Assembly (NCBI GenBank): GCA_016183325.1
Contig: JACPEV010000013.1
Coordinates: 4,837 to 68,836 of the forward strand
DNA: 64,000 nt
Direction: 5' to 3'
From: Candidatus Curtissbacteria bacterium
GTDB lineage: Bacteria > Patescibacteriota > Microgenomatia > Curtissbacterales > GWA2-41-24
Shown: piece by piece, positions 18,580 through 28,058 of the stretch
How positions within the stretch are numbered: the first letter of the stretch is position 1
Layout of the letters: each line of letters starts with the position of its first letter
The notes under the pieces: model-generated
The model's input: the letters and a program-made list of their open reading frames with translations, nothing else
Told to the model about the DNA's origin: nothing
The model's database searches: none
Position numbers and translations under genes: made by a program

Positions 18580-19476
18580 ATGCCAGAACTTCCCGAGGTA
18601 ACCGTAATCACAAATAGTCTTAATAAGAAGATTAGAGGGTTAGTTATGAGAGGTATCGAATATGACTGGCCGAAGAAGTTTTACTGGGCCGCCGGCCCCA
18701 GAGGGCCTCTGGCCCGGAGGGGAATGGTTTATGTTCTTAATGATCTTTCGGGAATGAAAGTTGAAAGGGTTGATCGAGTCGGGAAAGTAATAATAATTGC
18801 TTTGGAGAAAGGAATTTCAATTCTCATCCATCTTAAACTTACCGGGCAGTTGATATATCAGGACAAAAAAACCAGAATTGCGGGTGGGCATCCGATTCCG
18901 CCTTTGAATTTGCCGGTTCCCAATAAGACCACGAGAGTCACTTTTGGATTCACTAACGGTGGACATTTGTATTTCAATGACATGCGAAAATTTGGTTGGG
19001 TAAAGATAATTGAAAATGGAAAATTGAAAATGGAAAATTTTCTTGGGAAATTAGGGCCGGACCCTTTAGTTATGAGTTATGAGCAGTTTAGAGATAGGCT
19101 TAGTAAGAAGAAAGGTCGTATAAAGAAAACCTTGATGGATCAGACTTTTATTTCCGGAGTAGGGAATATTTATTCGGATGAAGCTTTGTGGCTGGCAAAG
19201 ATTCATCCGGCCAGATCTGTTGAGAGTTTGGCAAAGACCGAGATAAAAGCTCTTTTTGATGGACTTCGAGAAAGTCTTAAGTTGGCGATAGAAAAGGGCG
19301 GATCGAGCGCAAATTCGTTTGTGGACAGCGGTGGGGAGCGGGGTTTATTTCTTTCTTTTGCCAAAGCCTATCATATGACGGGAAGACCTTGTGCACGCTG
19401 CAAAACACCAATCGTCAGAAAAAAAATGGACGGAAGAAGTGCGCATTTTTGTCCTTCTTGCCAAAAGCTTCTATGA
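18580..19476 (+). CDS. mutM: formamidopyrimidine-DNA glycosylase (Fpg/MutM)
   Basis: N-terminal MPELPEV, H2TH region, and C-terminal zinc finger CARCKTPIVRKKMDGRSAHFCPSCQK. Confidence 0.85.
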   Translation: MPELPEVTVITNSLNKKIRGLVMRGIEYDWPKKFYWAAGPRGPLARRGMVYVLNDLSGMKVERVDRVGKVIIIALEKGISILIHLKLTGQLIYQDKKTRIAGGHPIPPLNLPVPNKTTRVTFGFTNGGHLYFNDMRKFGWVKIIENGKLKMENFLGKLGPDPLVMSYEQFRDRLSKKKGRIKKTLMDQTFISGVGNIYSDEALWLAKIHPARSVESLAKTEIKALFDGLRESLKLAIEKGGSSANSFVDSGGERGLFLSFAKAYHMTGRPCARCKTPIVRKKMDGRSAHFCPSCQKLL

Positions 19477-20708
19477 GCTTGATCCCGAGTAAATATCTAA
19501 CGCTTCTCAAAAACAGAAATTTTTTTAATTTAACTTTAATCAATTTATTTTGCCAGTTTTCTTTTGCGGTTTTATCTTTGGTTCTGGTTAGTTCCAGTTT
19601 TGATTTGACTAGGAATAATTTTGGTGTTTCGGCGGTGATTTTGTCCTTTGCCGTGCCGGCAATTGTGACCGTGATTTTTGCTGGCTTAGCCGCGGATATT
19701 TTCGACAGGAAAAGGATCATTACTTACTCAGTAGCTCTGATGGTGTTGGTGACCATTGGTGTGGTGAATGCTCTTTCGAGTATTTTTTGGATGGTGGTTT
19801 TTTCTGCGATTTATCACCTTTTGATTCCGATTTTTTTACCGGCGATTTCCGCGTCATATGTCCAGGTGATACGCAAGAATCAGCTACTTGTCGCAAACTC
19901 AATTTTTACCTTGACTGTTATCGGAGGACAGGGGGGAGGTCTGATGTTGGGGTCAATCATGCAATATTATTGGGGATTTAAATTACCACTTCTAGTTAGT
20001 GCAGCATCCTTAATAATAACTTTATTCATCACAAGACTTTTACCAAGATTGCTTCCTAGAAAATCTTCAAATCTAATGATGGTTCCTGGCGCTGTTAAAG
20101 AAATAATTATTGCGATTTTGTTTGTTTTGCACCGCAAAAGGATTTGGTTTTATTTGTTATTTTTGGGATTCATTTATGGAATTTTCGTATTTGGAGCGAC
20201 GATTGGACCAGGATTTTTTGACGAAATTCTGGGACTTCCCGTAAGAGTTAGCCCGGTCTTTGTTCTTCCTTCAGTTACGTTAGGTCTTTTAACAGGGATG
20301 TATTTTTTGTATCAAAATCCAAGTATTAATGAGGGAACATTAATTGTTTTAGGGAGTTTAGCTGCAAGCCTGGCGACACTTGCAGTAGGGTTAATTATGG
20401 GCAGTGGAATTTTTGAGGAGTTTTGGTTAGTGCTGGCCGTGATTTTCGCTATGGTAGTCAGTTTTGGGGCTGTCATTGTAAGTATTGCCGCAAGAACTGG
20501 TCTGCAAAAACTTGTACCACACAAATATCAAGGAACGGTTTTTGCTATGATGATTATTTTTTCGGCGATTGCAGCAACCATAGCTTCGCCTTCAGCGGCT
20601 TTTTTGACTGTGATTTTAGGGTATATAAATATTTTGATTTTAGTGGGTTTTTTGCTTTTATTAGTTTCTTTAAGTATCGCGTTGCTTTCTTTTAAATGGA
20701 GATTTTAA
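19473..20708 (+). CDS. MFS-type transporter
   Basis: Twelve predicted TM helices with a DRKRI-like loop-2 motif (AGLAADIFDRKRII). Start set at MSLIPSKY, overlapping the mutM stop (ATGA). Confidence 0.6.
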   Translation: MSLIPSKYLTLLKNRNFFNLTLINLFCQFSFAVLSLVLVSSSFDLTRNNFGVSAVILSFAVPAIVTVIFAGLAADIFDRKRIITYSVALMVLVTIGVVNALSSIFWMVVFSAIYHLLIPIFLPAISASYVQVIRKNQLLVANSIFTLTVIGGQGGGLMLGSIMQYYWGFKLPLLVSAASLIITLFITRLLPRLLPRKSSNLMMVPGAVKEIIIAILFVLHRKRIWFYLLFLGFIYGIFVFGATIGPGFFDEILGLPVRVSPVFVLPSVTLGLLTGMYFLYQNPSINEGTLIVLGSLAASLATLAVGLIMGSGIFEEFWLVLAVIFAMVVSFGAVIVSIAARTGLQKLVPHKYQGTVFAMMIIFSAIAATIASPSAAFLTVILGYINILILVGFLLLLVSLSIALLSFKWRF

Positions 20709-21805
20709 GTTTAAATTTAATTAACTTCCGCAACTTTTCTTCTCAAAAGATAGCTTTTGATAAAAATTTAACGGTGGTGATTGGGCCCAATGGGGCTGGC
20801 AAGAGTAATATTTTGGAGGCGTGTGGGCTTTTGGCGACTGTCAGATCGAGCCGAGTCAAGACAGATTTGGACCTGGTCAAATTCGGCAAAAGCGAGGCCA
20901 AAGTAGAGGGCAAAGTTGAGAGTCAAAGTGGAAAGAATGTACTAACCATTAATTTTCAAGTTATCGATGAAACTTATGTGAAGAAATCGTATTTTATTGA
21001 TGAAATAAAAAAGCGATATATTGATTTTAGCGAGCATTTTTCGGTTGTTATTTTTGAACCCTTGGATCTGGATCTGGTTTCCGGTTCACCATCTTTGCGG
21101 CGGCATCATTTAGATATTTTGCTTTCCAGTGGTAATCGAGCGTATTGGCGGAGTTTAAGTTCTTACAATAAGGTAGTAGTCCGCCGCAATAAGGTTCTCT
21201 GGCGAATTGCGGAGGGGAAATCAAAGCCAAGTGAGCTTGATTTTTGGGACGAGCGGTTTTTGGAGCATGGCAAGATAGTTTCCCAAAAAAGGCATGATTT
21301 TTTTGAATTTTTAAATGCTTCGACAGGCTCAGCACAGGTTTTATCAGAATCCGCCAATTCCTCCACCCCCGGGGTGAAAAGAGCCTACACCCCGGGGGTG
21401 TCCCTTGGCGGATTCTCATGGGAACTGAAACAAAGCCTGCTTTCTGAGGAAAAACTTTTAAGAAATCGGGAAAGGGATATTGCGGCGGGGATAACTTTGT
21501 CCGGGCCGCACCGGGATGATTTTAGGTTTTTGTTCAAAAATAAAGACTTGGAGTTTTTCGGAGCACGGGGGGATCAAAGAATGGCGGTTTTGGCGCTGAA
21601 GCTGGCGGAGCTGGAGTATATGGCAACAAAGCGTTTTGCCAGACCGGTTTTGGCACTAGATGATATTTTTTCGGAGCTTGACCATGAGCATCGGGAAGCG
21701 GTTTTGGATGTGATTGGAAAACAGCAAGTGATTATTACGGCGGCCGAACCCGATTCTTTGCCAAAGAAGATTTTTACGAAAGCGAAGGTTGTGGAACTGC
21801 GGTAA
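20696..21805 (+). CDS. recF: DNA replication and repair protein RecF
   Basis: MEILSLNLINFRNF, Walker A GPNGAGKSNILEA, and C-terminal ABC signature and D-loop LDDIFSELD. Carries the family-B palindrome in-frame at 21361-21403. Confidence 0.85.
   Translation: MEILSLNLINFRNFSSQKIAFDKNLTVVIGPNGAGKSNILEACGLLATVRSSRVKTDLDLVKFGKSEAKVEGKVESQSGKNVLTINFQVIDETYVKKSYFIDEIKKRYIDFSEHFSVVIFEPLDLDLVSGSPSLRRHHLDILLSSGNRAYWRSLSSYNKVVVRRNKVLWRIAEGKSKPSELDFWDERFLEHGKIVSQKRHDFFEFLNASTGSAQVLSESANSSTPGVKRAYTPGVSLGGFSWELKQSLLSEEKLLRNRERDIAAGITLSGPHRDDFRFLFKNKDLEFFGARGDQRMAVLALKLAELEYMATKRFARPVLALDDIFSELDHEHREAVLDVIGKQQVIITAAEPDSLPKKIFTKAKVVELR
21361..21403 (+). repeat. palindromic element family B, copy B2, in-frame in recF
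   Basis: ctccacccccggggtgaaaagagcctacaccccgggggtgtcc encodes STPGVKRAYTPGVSL. Near-identical to 62775-62820. Confidence 0.8.
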
Positions 21806-21870
21806 TTGTGCGACAATTGGATACGAATGTATCCGAATGAAAATACTCCGAATAATTCCGAATAATTCAG

Positions 21871-22260
21871 ATGGCAAAATTGGTTTATCCTGATTTAAGC
21901 TATAAAATAATGGGTATACTTTTTGAAGTACACAATAGATTAGGTGGCAATTTCGAAGAGAAATATTACCAGAGAGCGGTAGAAAAGTTGTTAAAACTGA
22001 ATAATTTGAAATACGATAGAGAACTACTAGCAAATATTTCTTTCGAAGGTGATAGGATAGGTAACTATTATTTAGATTTCCTGGTGGAGGATAAAATTAT
22101 TGTGGAACTTAAAACAGTGCCAAAACTCTTACCTATTCATTTCAGGCAAGTTCGATCTTATTTGAAAGTGAAAAAATTACAACTTGGGATTTTAGCTAAT
22201 TTTAGAGGAAATGGCCTTATTTATAAAAGAGTATTAAATCCCGTTGCACTTAATTATTAG
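21871..22260 (+). CDS. GxxExxY-family protein (PD-(D/E)xK nuclease-like)
   Basis: LGGNFEEKYYQRAV...VEDKIIVELKT. Paralog of 16869-17279. Confidence 0.6.
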   Translation: MAKLVYPDLSYKIMGILFEVHNRLGGNFEEKYYQRAVEKLLKLNNLKYDRELLANISFEGDRIGNYYLDFLVEDKIIVELKTVPKLLPIHFRQVRSYLKVKKLQLGILANFRGNGLIYKRVLNPVALNY

Positions 22261-22296
22261 GATGTATTCGGACTATTATTATTAGGATAAATTAGA

Positions 22297-23361
22297 ATGT
22301 ACATCCCAAAATTTACCATTACCAACAAAATCCTAAAGGAGATTGGGAGAGTGGAAGCTTCTAAGGAAATAATTGAGAATGCGCCGCTTGTGCCGGCTTA
22401 TGAGGCCAAGTTTCGGGATGAGGCGATAATCAGAACCGTTCATCACGGAACACACATTGAGGGTAATCCGCTTAATACCGGCGAAGTAGCGGCTGTTTTG
22501 GAGGGTAGAGAAGTTGAAGCAAAGGATCGGGACGTGCAGGAAGTTTTGAATTATCGAAGGGTTTTGGCGTACATCGATAAACGACGAACGACTAACGACA
22601 AACGCCAAAACGTTTCAGAGAAAGATCTTCTCTCAATTCATCGTCTTACAGTAGAGAAGATTTTGGCTCCTAACAAGGCCGGAAAATATCGCAAAACCCA
22701 AGTGGTGGTCAAGAATTCGAAGACAGGCAAAGTCAGTTTTGTGCCGCCGAAAGCCAGTGAAGTGCCGACTTTAGTTCGCGATTTTATGGCATGGCTTTCT
22801 GAGAAGTCCGAAGAAATTCATCCGGTTTTGGCAGCAGGAATTACGCATTATGTTTTGGCGTTTATTCATCCCTTTGTGGACGGGAATGGGAGGTCTGCAA
22901 GGGCTTTGGCGACGATGGTTTTGTTTGCCAGAGGCTATGATATTAAAAAGTTTTTTTCGCTGGAGGAATATTTTGACAGAAGTGCCGGCAAATATTACGA
23001 AACGTTGCAAACTGTTTCCAATCAAAAAGCAGAAAGTTTGTCCGATCGCGATCTGACAGTCTGGCTGGAGTATTTTTGTCAGGGTTTAGCTGAGGAGCTT
23101 GCAAAAGTTAGGGGGAGGGTACAGAAATTGTCGCTTGATCTGAAGTTGAAAGGGAGGACAGGTCAGCTAGTGCTTTCGGAGCGGCAAATGAAGCTGGTTG
23201 AGTATCTTGAATCTTACGGATCGATTAGCAATCGGGCTTGGCGCAGCCTACTTTCGAAATTTTCAGACGATACCATTTTGCGTGATCTTAAAGATTTGCA
23301 GAAAAAAGGGCTGATAAAGAAAAAAGGTTCGACAAAAGGAGCCGTGTATGTTCTGAAATGA
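22297..23361 (+). CDS. Fic-family protein (Fic/DOC AMPylator-like) with a C-terminal winged helix
   Basis: Fic motif HPFVDGNGRSARAL. Confidence 0.8.
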   Translation: MYIPKFTITNKILKEIGRVEASKEIIENAPLVPAYEAKFRDEAIIRTVHHGTHIEGNPLNTGEVAAVLEGREVEAKDRDVQEVLNYRRVLAYIDKRRTTNDKRQNVSEKDLLSIHRLTVEKILAPNKAGKYRKTQVVVKNSKTGKVSFVPPKASEVPTLVRDFMAWLSEKSEEIHPVLAAGITHYVLAFIHPFVDGNGRSARALATMVLFARGYDIKKFFSLEEYFDRSAGKYYETLQTVSNQKAESLSDRDLTVWLEYFCQGLAEELAKVRGRVQKLSLDLKLKGRTGQLVLSERQMKLVEYLESYGSISNRAWRSLLSKFSDDTILRDLKDLQKKGLIKKKGSTKGAVYVLK

Positions 23362-23395
23362 ACTGCGAATTATGAAGTATGAATTATGAATTAAG

Positions 23396-25288
23396 ATGAA
23401 ATTTTCGACTTTGGCGCAATACTACGAAAAGCTTGAGGCGACTTCCAAAAGGTTAGAACTTGTGGACATTTTATCCAAGCTCTTTAAGGAAGCAAAAGCG
23501 GAGGAGATTGGGAAAATTTGTTATTTGATTCAGGGAAGAGTGGCGCCGTTTTTTGAAGCGACAGAGATTGGAATGGCAGAATCGATGGTGGCATCTGCGA
23601 TAGCCAAAGCTTTTGGTGAGGACAAAGATAAAGTTACCAAATCATATCGCAGTTTAGGAAACATGGGTTTGGCTGCACAAAAGCTATCGCAAGGTTCCCA
23701 CCAGAAGGGCGGGCAGGCGCCGTTCAAAGTTCACCCTTCGACTCCTTCGGCTTCGCTCAGGACAAGTTCGCTCAGGGCAAGCAGTTCAAAGTTGTCTGTT
23801 AGTGAGGTTTTTGATGAACTTTTAAAGATTGCAAAGTTTACAGGAAAGGGGACTGTTGAGCAAAAGGTTTCAACACTCTCTGAACTTTTGAAAAAGCTTG
23901 ATCCTGTTTCGGTTAAGCACGTTGCCAATATTCCGCTTGGGACTCTGAGGCTTGGGATTGGGGATCCGACTGTGCTTGATGCGTTGTCATTGGCGAAAAA
24001 AGGCGATAAGTCACTACGTCCAGTCTTGGAGGATGCTTATAACAAGACGAGTGATTTGGGATATGTGGCAGAGACATATTTTAAACTGCAAGAAGGCGGG
24101 CTTAAAAATATCAAACTTGTGGTCGGTAAACCAATACGACCGGCACTGGCAGAAAGATTGCCTTCAGCAGAAGAGGCGGTCAAAAGACTTGGCGGTGAAT
24201 TTGCGGCAGAGCCGAAATTTGACGGCTTTAGGGTGCAGGTGCATTTGTCCCCTTCCATCAAGTCTGAGGTAATTAGGGGTTCAACCCTTAAAGATCTAGC
24301 TCGGGCGACTTCGGGGGTTGAACCCCGATTGGAACACGTCAAATTATTTTCCAGGAATCTTGAAAATACGACGCATGCTTTCCCGGATATTGTAGAAGGA
24401 GTGAAGCGCGAAGTTGGTGCAAAGTCGGCAATACTTGAGGGTGAAGCGATTGCTTATAACCCCACTACCTCCGAATTCTTGCCGTTTCAGGAAACAACCA
24501 AAAGACGTCGTAAATATCAGGTTGAGGAAATGGTCAAAAAACTGCCTTTGGTTTTATTTGTCTTTGATCTTTTGTATTTAAACGGGAAGGATATAACAGA
24601 AAAACCTTATCGCGAGAGGAGAAAACTTTTAACAGGGATTGTGCCAAAGGAAGGTAAGGTTGTGAGACTGGCTGAGGAAAGAACACTAAAGGGAGCAGGT
24701 GAGATCACAAAGTTTTTCAACGAAGCTGTTTCCGAAGGACTTGAGGGTTTGATGCTCAAAAAATTGGACAGTCCATACGTTGCCGGGGGTAGGGGTTTTC
24801 ATTGGATCAAGTTTAAGAGAAGCCAGGCAGGAGAGCTGACGGATACGGTCGATTGTGTGATTTTGGGAGTATTTAGCGGTAAAGGGAAGCGGACTGAGTT
24901 TGGCGTCGGTGGGCTTTTAGTGGGGGTATATGAGAAGAAACGTGATGAATTTGTGACAATCTCCAGAATCGGGACAGGGCTGACGGATGAGGAGTTTCGG
25001 CAAGTTAATGAGCTTGCCAAAAAGTTGAAAGTTTCACACAAGCCCTCCAGAGTTAATTCTAAAATCGAACCGACTTTTTGGGTCGAACCAAAAGAAGTTT
25101 TGGAAATTTATGCGGATGAAATAACGCGTTCACCGATTCATACGGCCGGAGCCGATAAAGACGGCATAGGTTATGCGTTGCGATTCCCAAGACTGGTAAA
25201 GTTTAGAGGGAAGGACAAACGCGCTGAGGATGCGACAACTGTTGAGGAAGTTGAGAAGATGTATAAGCAACAGTATAAGAAGAAATAG
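23396..25288 (+). CDS. ATP-dependent DNA ligase
   Basis: Motif I AEPKFDGFRVQVH (KxDG). The N-terminal DNA-binding domain and OB-fold regions are typical of archaeal/eukaryote-type ATP ligases. A low-complexity Ser-rich insert (PSTPSASLRTSSLRASSSKLS) is present. Confidence 0.8.
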   Translation: MKFSTLAQYYEKLEATSKRLELVDILSKLFKEAKAEEIGKICYLIQGRVAPFFEATEIGMAESMVASAIAKAFGEDKDKVTKSYRSLGNMGLAAQKLSQGSHQKGGQAPFKVHPSTPSASLRTSSLRASSSKLSVSEVFDELLKIAKFTGKGTVEQKVSTLSELLKKLDPVSVKHVANIPLGTLRLGIGDPTVLDALSLAKKGDKSLRPVLEDAYNKTSDLGYVAETYFKLQEGGLKNIKLVVGKPIRPALAERLPSAEEAVKRLGGEFAAEPKFDGFRVQVHLSPSIKSEVIRGSTLKDLARATSGVEPRLEHVKLFSRNLENTTHAFPDIVEGVKREVGAKSAILEGEAIAYNPTTSEFLPFQETTKRRRKYQVEEMVKKLPLVLFVFDLLYLNGKDITEKPYRERRKLLTGIVPKEGKVVRLAEERTLKGAGEITKFFNEAVSEGLEGLMLKKLDSPYVAGGRGFHWIKFKRSQAGELTDTVDCVILGVFSGKGKRTEFGVGGLLVGVYEKKRDEFVTISRIGTGLTDEEFRQVNELAKKLKVSHKPSRVNSKIEPTFWVEPKEVLEIYADEITRSPIHTAGADKDGIGYALRFPRLVKFRGKDKRAEDATTVEEVEKMYKQQYKKK

Positions 25289-25293
25289 TTGAA

Positions 25294-25740
25294 TTAATAA
25301 AGGTCAACTTTTTCAGGTAGTTGAAGCCTTTGATTAGTTATTCTTCTTAAGCCTAAGCTCATTCCTCGATTGCCTAATTCTTGTAGAATTTCTTGTGTGA
25401 TACAAAAAGAAGTAGCTTCACTGGGTGCATTGGGATCAAGATAGAGTGCAACAGCAATGAAAATTCCATCTCCATTGTAGGAAACATTGACGTGGCTATC
25501 TACTTTGACTCCAAGGTTATTCAGTTCATTAGAAAACCACATAGGTAGGTCTGTTTCGTATTCCGTACCTCGTGAAGTTTTTCTTTCCCAAGCGGGAAGA
25601 ATATGGATGACTTGAGTTCCTGTTGGTTCTGTTCTCGATAGCTCAAATCGAGCAGTTTGAGATATCCGTTCCCCTAAACCAATACGCATGATGTTCCTCA
25701 CAGCCAAACCCAGTGCTTCATTAAAAATGCGTTCTCCCAT
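25294..25740 (-). CDS. hypothetical protein
   Basis: 148 aa ORF with no recognised motifs. Confidence 0.35.
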   Translation of the reverse strand: MGERIFNEALGLAVRNIMRIGLGERISQTARFELSRTEPTGTQVIHILPAWERKTSRGTEYETDLPMWFSNELNNLGVKVDSHVNVSYNGDGIFIAVALYLDPNAPSEATSFCITQEILQELGNRGMSLGLRRITNQRLQLPEKVDLY

Positions 25741-25931
25741 TCTTTATTTTAATATGATACAACTAAAAGCTAGTAACAAAATTCCAGTAAGTGTGCAAAG
25801 AGAAGCTTGGTTTTCGGAAGCTCAAGATGGGAGAGTAAGAGAGTTGGCTCGCGAAAAAGCTGCGGCGTAAATTTTTCCCTTAAAAAATATTAAAGCAATT
25901 ATTGCAATTTATTCAATGATCATTTAATATT

Positions 25932-26438
25932 TTGTTGATGGTTCGGGAAAAGTTGAGGGATGCGATTCTTTTGGCACTTGAGAAGGCGATTGATGGAGCA
26001 GTTGAGTTTGCAGATTTTTATGATAACCCTCGTCGTTATGTTTGGTATGGTCCTCGCTGGGAATATCCAAAGTCAACACTGTCAGCAGCTATCGCGCGGC
26101 TGCGCAAGGGAGGTTTAGTAGAAAAAATTATTGATGAGGACCGAGTCGTTTTGAAACTGACTGATGCTGGTCGTGACTGGTTACTGAGAAACAAATTAGA
26201 AGATCAGATGGAACATTGGGATGGGGTCTGGCGTTTAGTAATTTTTGATATTCCAGAGAGACATACACGAGTTAGGGATACTCTGCGAAGAAGGCTTAAA
26301 GAATGGGGATTTAATAAGTGGCAAAAATCGGTTTGGGCCAGCAAGAAACCTTTAACGGATCATTTAAGGAAATTAGTTAAGGAATTAGGAATAGAGAATT
26401 GGGTTCTTGTTGTTGAATCAACAAATACCGGCCTTTAA
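25932..26438 (+). CDS. PaaX-like regulator: a winged helix fused to a Cas2-like fold domain
   Basis: N-terminal winged-helix-like region, then WRLVIFDIPERHTRVRDTLRRRLKEWGFNKWQKSVW, which resembles the Cas2 / PaaX C-terminal pattern. Confidence 0.4.
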   Translation: MLMVREKLRDAILLALEKAIDGAVEFADFYDNPRRYVWYGPRWEYPKSTLSAAIARLRKGGLVEKIIDEDRVVLKLTDAGRDWLLRNKLEDQMEHWDGVWRLVIFDIPERHTRVRDTLRRRLKEWGFNKWQKSVWASKKPLTDHLRKLVKELGIENWVLVVESTNTGL

Positions 26439-26489
26439 CATTTTGTTCAATGATCATTGCATAAAGTGTCGATGGGTGAGTGTTGACAA

Positions 26490-28058
26490 TTGAGGATAAT
26501 TAGAACAAAATGGTTGCAAAATAATTTCTCCAAGGAGCATTTTATACGGGGCTTCGATGCTAAAATAAATTTGATGAAATTCGTTGCCGATTTGCATTTA
26601 CATAGCAAGTACTCCAGAGCAGTATCACAAGAAATGATTTTGCCAAAAATGGCCCAGTGGGCCAAACTTAAGGGGATAAATGTTTTGGCGACTGGAGATT
26701 TTACGCATCCTTTTTGGTTTGATCAGCTGAAAAAGGAGTTGATTGATGATGGCAACGGACTTTATCGGCTAAAGCCGACAATTGACAATTCACATTTAAC
26801 AATTGACAAAAGCAAGTCAAGTGTTAATGGCTCGCCTCGCTTCGCGCCTGCGTCGACGATAGTCGCGGGCGAAGCGGGTCAAATGTTAAATGTTAAACAA
26901 GAAGTTTACTTCATGCTCTCATGCGAGATTGCTTCCATATACTCTCAAGGTGGCAAAGTCAGAAGAATCCACAATTTATTCTTTTTCCCCTCTTTGGGCT
27001 CTGTTGAAAAATTTAACAGGGCGCTTCTTGCGCGAGGTGCTAGTCTGCGATCTGACGGTAGGCCAGTGGTGGGAATAAATTCGCGGGATCTGGCGGAAGT
27101 CGCGCTTAAAGTTGACAAGAAGGCTTTAGTGATTCCTGCACATGCATGGACTCCGTGGTTTTCTATTTTTGGCAGTTTTTCCGGTTTTGATTCTATTGCT
27201 GAGTGTTTTGGGGACATGAGCAAATATATTTATGGAATTGAAACCGGTTTATCTTCTGATCCGGCAATGAACTGGAGGATAGAAGACTTGGACAGCCGAG
27301 CCATTCTTTCGTTTTCCGATGCACATAGTTTGGAAAAAATGGGAAGGGAAGCGACAGTGTTTGAGGCGGAGGAGCTTAGTTATGAGAGCATTTATGATGC
27401 AATAAGGTTGTCAGGTAATCAGGCAATCGGGTTATCAGGGAAGCAAATGCCCGATTACCAGACATCCCGAGAACCTAGTAACCCGTCAAAGATTGCTTTT
27501 ACTATCGAATTTTATCCGGAGGAAGGGAAATATCATTTTACGGGCCATAGGGATTGTAATTTTCGTCAATCACCGGAAGAGACAGCCAAAAATGGGAATA
27601 TTTGTCCGGTTTGCAGGCGACCTTTGACTATTGGCGTAATGCACCGCGTGAAGCAATTGGCTTCACGCGAAATTTCCAATTTCAAATTTCCAATTTCAAA
27701 TGGGGTTAAATGGGTAAAATCAGAGGAGGGAAGGCCACCTTATGTTTCGATGGTGCCACTTGGAGAAATTCTTGCGGAGGCACTCGGAGCAGCTGTAAAA
27801 ACTCAAAAAGTGAGTGATACTTATTTTCAGTTGGTAAACAATCTAGGCAGCGAATTTAATGTTCTTTTGAAGGCTGACCTTTCCGATATCGCCAGATTTT
27901 CGAATCAAAAAGTAGCAGAAGGGATTGATCTTGTCAGACGTGGGGAGATTATCGTTGATCCTGGGTATGATGGCAATTTTGGCGTTGTTAAAATATGGCC
28001 GGATGTTCCTTCCAGCGAGCCAAAAGTTGAACCATCGCAACTGAATTTATTTGCATAA
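26490..28058 (+). CDS. PHP-domain nuclease, endonuclease Q-like
   Basis: ADLHLHSKYSRAVS is a PHP His motif, as at the EndoQ N-terminus. There is also a Cys cluster, CPVCRRPLTIGVMHRV. Probable start is MKFVADLHLH at about 26575. Two in-frame repeat insertions at 26775-26890 and 27405-27490. Confidence 0.45.
   Translation: MRIIRTKWLQNNFSKEHFIRGFDAKINLMKFVADLHLHSKYSRAVSQEMILPKMAQWAKLKGINVLATGDFTHPFWFDQLKKELIDDGNGLYRLKPTIDNSHLTIDKSKSSVNGSPRFAPASTIVAGEAGQMLNVKQEVYFMLSCEIASIYSQGGKVRRIHNLFFFPSLGSVEKFNRALLARGASLRSDGRPVVGINSRDLAEVALKVDKKALVIPAHAWTPWFSIFGSFSGFDSIAECFGDMSKYIYGIETGLSSDPAMNWRIEDLDSRAILSFSDAHSLEKMGREATVFEAEELSYESIYDAIRLSGNQAIGLSGKQMPDYQTSREPSNPSKIAFTIEFYPEEGKYHFTGHRDCNFRQSPEETAKNGNICPVCRRPLTIGVMHRVKQLASREISNFKFPISNGVKWVKSEEGRPPYVSMVPLGEILAEALGAAVKTQKVSDTYFQLVNNLGSEFNVLLKADLSDIARFSNQKVAEGIDLVRRGEIIVDPGYDGNFGVVKIWPDVPSSEPKVEPSQLNLFA

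Noticed and set aside
19415-19720. Minus-strand ORFs overlapping the mutM end and MFS start (19415-19720, 19720-19902)
   Set aside because: Antisense to better-supported genes, with lysine-rich low-complexity translations.
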